This document shows positions 61,737-64,000 of a DNA stretch of 64,000 nt, piece by piece. The stretch lies in contig CAVUDW010000002.1 in the NCBI GenBank assembly GCA_963740355.1, forward strand, positions 288,001 through 352,000, written 5' to 3'. The notes under the pieces are model-generated. The model did no database searches, had not been told where the DNA came from, and was given only the letters and a program-made list of their open reading frames with translations. Each line of letters begins with the position of its first letter. Within the stretch, counting starts at the first letter, position 1. The stretch is from an uncultured Gemmatimonadaceae bacterium (lineage in GTDB: Bacteria > Gemmatimonadota > Gemmatimonadetes > Gemmatimonadales > Gemmatimonadaceae). The translations under genes were made by a program, and so were the position numbers.

Positions 61737-64000
61737 TTGCGTCACCGATCACTGTCACTGATGCTGGTTTTCACCGCCCTTGCGTGCTCTGCACGTGAGG
61801 GCGGTGCGCAGTCGGGTGCTGCAGATGCGCGGCTGGCGCCGGGGGTGCCGCATCTGCTGGCCACCGAGCGCGCGGCACAGCTGCGCGATGTGCGTTACAC
61901 CCTCTCCCTCGACGTCACACGGCCCGATACGGCGGCTGGTTCGGTCGTCGTGCGCTTCACACAACGACAGGCGCGCGAGGTCATCCTCGACTTTCGCGGC
62001 CTGGCCATCCGGCGCATCACGGCCAATGGGCATGCGGTCGACGTCACCGATCCCGCAGTCTGGAACAAGGCGCATGTGCGCATTCCCGCTGCGGTCGTGC
62101 GTGCTGGCGCGAACGAGATTCGGCTGGTTTTCGACTCGCCGATCGCGGCCGCCGGCGCGAGCATCATTCGCTCGCGCGATGCCAGCGATGGGCAGGATTA
62201 CCTCTACACACTGTTGGTGCCATCGGATGCGAACCTGCTCTTCCCCTGCTTCGACCAGCCGGACCTGAAGGCGCGTGTCACGCTCAGCATCACCGCGCCA
62301 TCCCGCTGGGCGGTGCTGGCGAATGGTGCTGCAGCGCGAAAGGACTCCTCGCTCAACACGATCACGCATCACTTCGCGGAGACGCGGCCGATCAGCACCT
62401 ACCTGATCGCGTTCGCGGCAGGGCCCTACGCGACGGTGTCGCGTGCACGAGTGCTGGCAGCTGGCTCGCCGATGTCGAATGTCAACCTGCTGGTGCGAGC
62501 GTCACGGCTGAAGGAGGTCGAGGCCGACTCGCTGATTGCGATGAATACGCAGGCACTCCGCTGGCTCGGTGACTGGTTTGGGATCGCCTATCCATTCGGG
62601 AAATACGACTTCCTGCTCGCACCAGCGTTCCCGTTCGGCGGGATGGAGCATCCGGGCGCGGTGTTCTACAACGAGCAGAGTTTCATCTTTCGCGAGCGTC
62701 CCACCATCTCGCAGTCGCTGGGCCGACAGGCGACCGTCTTCCACGAAGTCGCACACCAGTGGTTCGGCGACTACGTCACCATGCGCTGGTTCGACGATCT
62801 CTGGTTGAAGGAAGGTTTTGCCACCTACATGGCGGCCAAGATGCAGGCCGCCATCGCGCCGTCGGCGTCGCCATGGAAGACGTTCTACCTCCGCAACAAG
62901 CCGGTCGCCTACGGCACCGATGCCACGGCCGGCACGACGCCGGTATGGCAGGCGCTGGACAATCTCGAGCAGGCGAAGAGCAACTACGGGCCGATCGTCT
63001 ACAACAAGGCACCGGGCGTGCTGCGCCAGTTGAACTATCTCGTTGGGGAACAGGCATTCCAGCGTGGAGTGCGTCGCTTCCTGTCGCAGCATCCGTATGG
63101 CAATGCGACATGGCGCGACCTTTTGCAGGCCGTGGGCGGTGCATCGGGGCGCGACCTCACCAAGTGGGGCTCGCAGTGGATCCTGCGCCCAGGGATGCCG
63201 ATCGTGGAGCAGGAGATCGCCAGCGCGAATGGTCGGATCACGCGCCTCGCGCTGACACAGCGGCCGGCGCAGCCGGACGTGTCGGGCAATGATCCGTGGC
63301 CGCTGCGCGTCTCGGTGCTGCTCTGGTACACCGATGCGCCGCCGGTGCGGATTCCCGTCGAGATGACGGAGCGCACTACGGTCATCAACGCAGCCCGCGG
63401 ACGGAAGACGCCCGCTTTCGTTTTCGCGAACGACGGCGACTACGGCTATGCGATCGTGCTCCCCGATGAATCGAGCGTCCGCTGGCTGGAGCAGAACATC
63501 GGCTCCGTGAAGGACGACCTGCTGCGCGCCATGCTGTGGGGCGCACTCTGGGATCTGGTGCGTGAGGCGCGGCTGTCGCCGTCGCGTTACGCCGCTGCCG
63601 CACTGCGTGCACTGCCCCAGGAGCGAGACGAGCAGATCGCAGCGGCGCTCACGGCCCGCATCGGCGTTGCGGTGAGCCGCTATGGTAGTGAATCGGCACG
63701 TGACTCGTTGCTGCCAGCACTCGAGCGCACGTTGCTCGCCGGTGCCATGGATACCTCGCTCGCATATGGACAGCGGAAGTCGCAACTGGACGCCTTGATC
63801 GGGTCGGCGCAGTCACCCGCAACGCTGCAGCGACTCGATCGGTGGCTCGACGCCGATTCTGCGGCGGGCCTGCCACTGCGCGCACCGACGCGGTGGGCGA
63901 TCGTCACTCGACTTGTCGCGAACCGCTACGCCACCGCGTCGACGCGGCTCGCCGCCGAGACCGTGCGCGATTCGTCGAGCGAGGGGCAGCGTCAGGCCTT
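61737..64000 (+). CDS. M1 family aminopeptidase (PepN-like), probable lipoprotein; 3' truncated by the window and absent from the supplied ORF track
   Basis: Own translation: lipobox LAC, LFPCFDQPDLKA, ISTYLIAFAAG, GGMEHPG (~62637), HEVAHQWFGD..WLKEGF, IVYNKAP. Start TTG 61737 or ATG 61761. Confidence 0.9.
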   Translation, partial: MRHRSLSLMLVFTALACSAREGGAQSGAADARLAPGVPHLLATERAAQLRDVRYTLSLDVTRPDTAAGSVVVRFTQRQAREVILDFRGLAIRRITANGHAVDVTDPAVWNKAHVRIPAAVVRAGANEIRLVFDSPIAAAGASIIRSRDASDGQDYLYTLLVPSDANLLFPCFDQPDLKARVTLSITAPSRWAVLANGAAARKDSSLNTITHHFAETRPISTYLIAFAAGPYATVSRARVLAAGSPMSNVNLLVRASRLKEVEADSLIAMNTQALRWLGDWFGIAYPFGKYDFLLAPAFPFGGMEHPGAVFYNEQSFIFRERPTISQSLGRQATVFHEVAHQWFGDYVTMRWFDDLWLKEGFATYMAAKMQAAIAPSASPWKTFYLRNKPVAYGTDATAGTTPVWQALDNLEQAKSNYGPIVYNKAPGVLRQLNYLVGEQAFQRGVRRFLSQHPYGNATWRDLLQAVGGASGRDLTKWGSQWILRPGMPIVEQEIASANGRITRLALTQRPAQPDVSGNDPWPLRVSVLLWYTDAPPVRIPVEMTERTTVINAARGRKTPAFVFANDGDYGYAIVLPDESSVRWLEQNIGSVKDDLLRAMLWGALWDLVREARLSPSRYAAAALRALPQERDEQIAAALTARIGVAVSRYGSESARDSLLPALERTLLAGAMDTSLAYGQRKSQLDALIGSAQSPATLQRLDRWLDADSAAGLPLRAPTRWAIVTRLVANRYATASTRLAAETVRDSSSEGQRQA

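Overview
GC-rich bacterial window. The gene repertoire (two VPS10/BNR beta-propeller proteins, S9 and M1 peptidases, Hanks kinase, orphan MacB/FtsX permease, small plug-like protein) suggests Gemmatimonadota; this is inference. 1-16.3 kb is the 3' end of a cis-AT type I modular PKS cluster with three modules (..ER-KR-ACP; KS-AT-DH-cMT-KR-ACP with two +1 frameshifts; KS-AT-DH-ER-KR-ACP), no release domain, followed by an EamA/DMT transporter. Next come two iron-uptake genes (PepSY-TM protein, TonB-dependent receptor) sharing a near-identical Fur-box-like leader, lspA, an S9 peptidase-TPR fusion, and an ECF sigma/anti-sigma/Spy-like cluster. At 31.2-34.0 kb a repeat-rich intergenic region holds a complete IS110-family element and a complete IS3-family element. 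The IS110 left end contains a readable bridge RNA whose guides match both its own donor junction and the CTCTGCG genomic repeat it is inserted in. Further on are a GH3 glycosidase, an ECF42/YciI locus, an amidohydrolase, a Ser/Thr kinase, an aerobic 2-aminobenzoyl-CoA (abm-type) catabolic operon, a DeoR/MFS pair, and an M1 aminopeptidase running off the end. A dispersed family of REP/REPIN-like paired inverted repeats with covarying arms occurs at 24.6-24.9 kb and 58.2-58.3 kb. No rRNA, tRNA or CRISPR array was seen. All calls come from motif reading by eye; no searches were run.
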